From the NCBI GenBank assembly GCA_963720545.1, contig OY970399.1, forward strand, positions 3,683,344 through 3,747,343: DNA of 64,000 bases, in the 5' to 3' direction. The position numbers and the translations under genes were made by a program. Below are positions 63,136 through 64,000 of this stretch, in pieces (within the stretch, counting starts at the first letter, position 1; each line of letters starts with the position of its first letter). This DNA is from an uncultured Acidobacteriota bacterium. GTDB taxonomy: Bacteria > Acidobacteriota > Vicinamibacteria > Fen-336. Below the pieces are notes generated by a model that worked only from the letters and a program-made list of their open reading frames with translations, searched no databases and had not been told where the DNA came from.

Positions 63136-64000
63136 CCGCGAACACCGCGTTGCAGACGGCGGGTGCCACCGGCGGCACCGGCGGTTCGCCCAGGCCCAGT
63201 GGAGCGGTGCCGCCGGGAACGATGTGCGCCTCGACGTCCGGCGCCTGCGACAGGCGCAACACGGGGTAGTCGCCGAAGTGCGACTGCTGCACGCTGCCAC
63301 CCTCGAAAGTGATCTCGCCGCCGAGCACGGCGGAGAGCGCCCACGTCACGCCACTCTCGATTTGACCCTCGACGCCCAGCGGGTTGATGGCAAGGCCGCA
63401 GTCGACGGCGCAGACGATGCGGTGCACGCGCAGGTCGCGGTTGGCGCCCACCGACACCTCGGCGACCATCGCCACGTGCGTCTGGCCGTGGAACGCGTTC
63501 GCGGCGATGCCGCGGCCGTAACGCCGGCCCGCCGCCTTCGGCAGCGGCGCGCCCCATCCGGCCTTCTCGGCGGCAAGCTGCAACACGCGGCGCAGTCGGT
63601 CGCGCTCGATCGTCACCGATCCCGAGGTCATCGCGGTTCCGGGCGGCAGCATCTCGAGGCGCAAGGCGAGCGGATCCTTGCCGAGCGCGTGCGCGATCTC
63701 GTCGAGGAACGACTCGCGCGCGAACGCCGCCGGCGGAGCGAACACCGCCCGCCACGGCCCGTGGGTCACGGGCGAGGCGACGTAGCTGTACTCGATGAGC
63801 TGCGACGGAAATGCGTAGGGGTTGTCGTGGTGCGCCCAGCCAATGTCGCGGAAGAACTCGGCGCTCTTGCGCTCCTCGGCGGTCGGCTCGGGCGGCGTGT
63901 GGCCCGCCGAGGCCTGGCGATGGAACCAGAGACCCGGCTTGCCGGCGGCATCGATCGTCGCGGCCATCGCGTGCACCGACGCCGGCTGGAAATGGCCGTG
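63080..64000 (-). CDS. Molybdopterin-binding oxidoreductase beta subunit (IorB/aldehyde oxidase family), C-terminal part; the gene continues beyond the window
   Basis: Motifs seen: 'GRGIAANAFHGQTHVAMVAEVSV', 'VHRIVCAVDCGLAINPLGVEGQIESG' and 'LGEPPVPPVAPAVCNAVFAAIG'. The frame is open to position 64000. Confidence 0.75.
   Translation of the reverse strand, partial: HGHFQPASVHAMAATIDAAGKPGLWFHRQASAGHTPPEPTAEERKSAEFFRDIGWAHHDNPYAFPSQLIEYSYVASPVTHGPWRAVFAPPAAFARESFLDEIAHALGKDPLALRLEMLPPGTAMTSGSVTIERDRLRRVLQLAAEKAGWGAPLPKAAGRRYGRGIAANAFHGQTHVAMVAEVSVGANRDLRVHRIVCAVDCGLAINPLGVEGQIESGVTWALSAVLGGEITFEGGSVQQSHFGDYPVLRLSQAPDVEAHIVPGGTAPLGLGEPPVPPVAPAVCNAVFAAIGTRVRRLPLRLEQQQA

Overview
This is a high-GC chromosomal window (roughly two-thirds G+C by eye) from a diderm-type bacterium, as shown by the KDO/LapB LPS genes. 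I found no rRNA, tRNA, CRISPR array or mobile element.

The window is dominated by a split type IVa pilus (T4P) regulon whose gene order resembles the Myxococcus xanthus pil locus:
- pilM-N-O-P-Q at 17.9-23.4 kb, followed by four uncharacterised accessory genes.
- pilB-T-C, pilS-R, pilA, a PilGHI-like ABC module and pilD at 38.3-49.9 kb.
- A second histidine kinase, a FimT/PilV/PilW/PilX/PilY1 minor-pilin operon, a Zn-ribbon/TPR protein and a second sigma54 activator at 49.9-61.5 kb.

Housekeeping operons lie between and around these blocks:
- a Cys/Met PLP enzyme, rnc, mnmA, lipA, a NifS-like desulfurase, thiolase, acyl-CoA dehydrogenase and glpX
- accB-accC-folD and coaE
- kdsB-pyrG-kdsA-kdsD-kdsC-lapB

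Main second-look items:
1. Nine conserved genes, including essential accC and pyrG and the whole pilB-pilT-pilC motor/platform set, are broken by frame shifts. The shifts are clustered and overwhelmingly +1, while very long neighbouring ORFs are intact. This looks more like block-wise consensus error than gene decay, but it needs read-level checking.
2. There are clear sigma54 -24/-12 elements upstream of pilA and upstream of the minor-pilin operon.
3. A four-gene module follows pilQ: two lipoproteins, a TPR protein and a Roadblock protein.
4. A 111-aa protein is 75% Asp/Glu with no basic residue.
5. A secreted protein fuses an S1/P1 nuclease domain to a phosphodiesterase domain.
6. A lower-GC islet carries a cupredoxin, a bicupin and a membrane protein that appears coupled to a 15-codon upstream ORF.

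I found no obvious defence or toxin system. All functional calls rest on motif recognition by eye, not on database searches.
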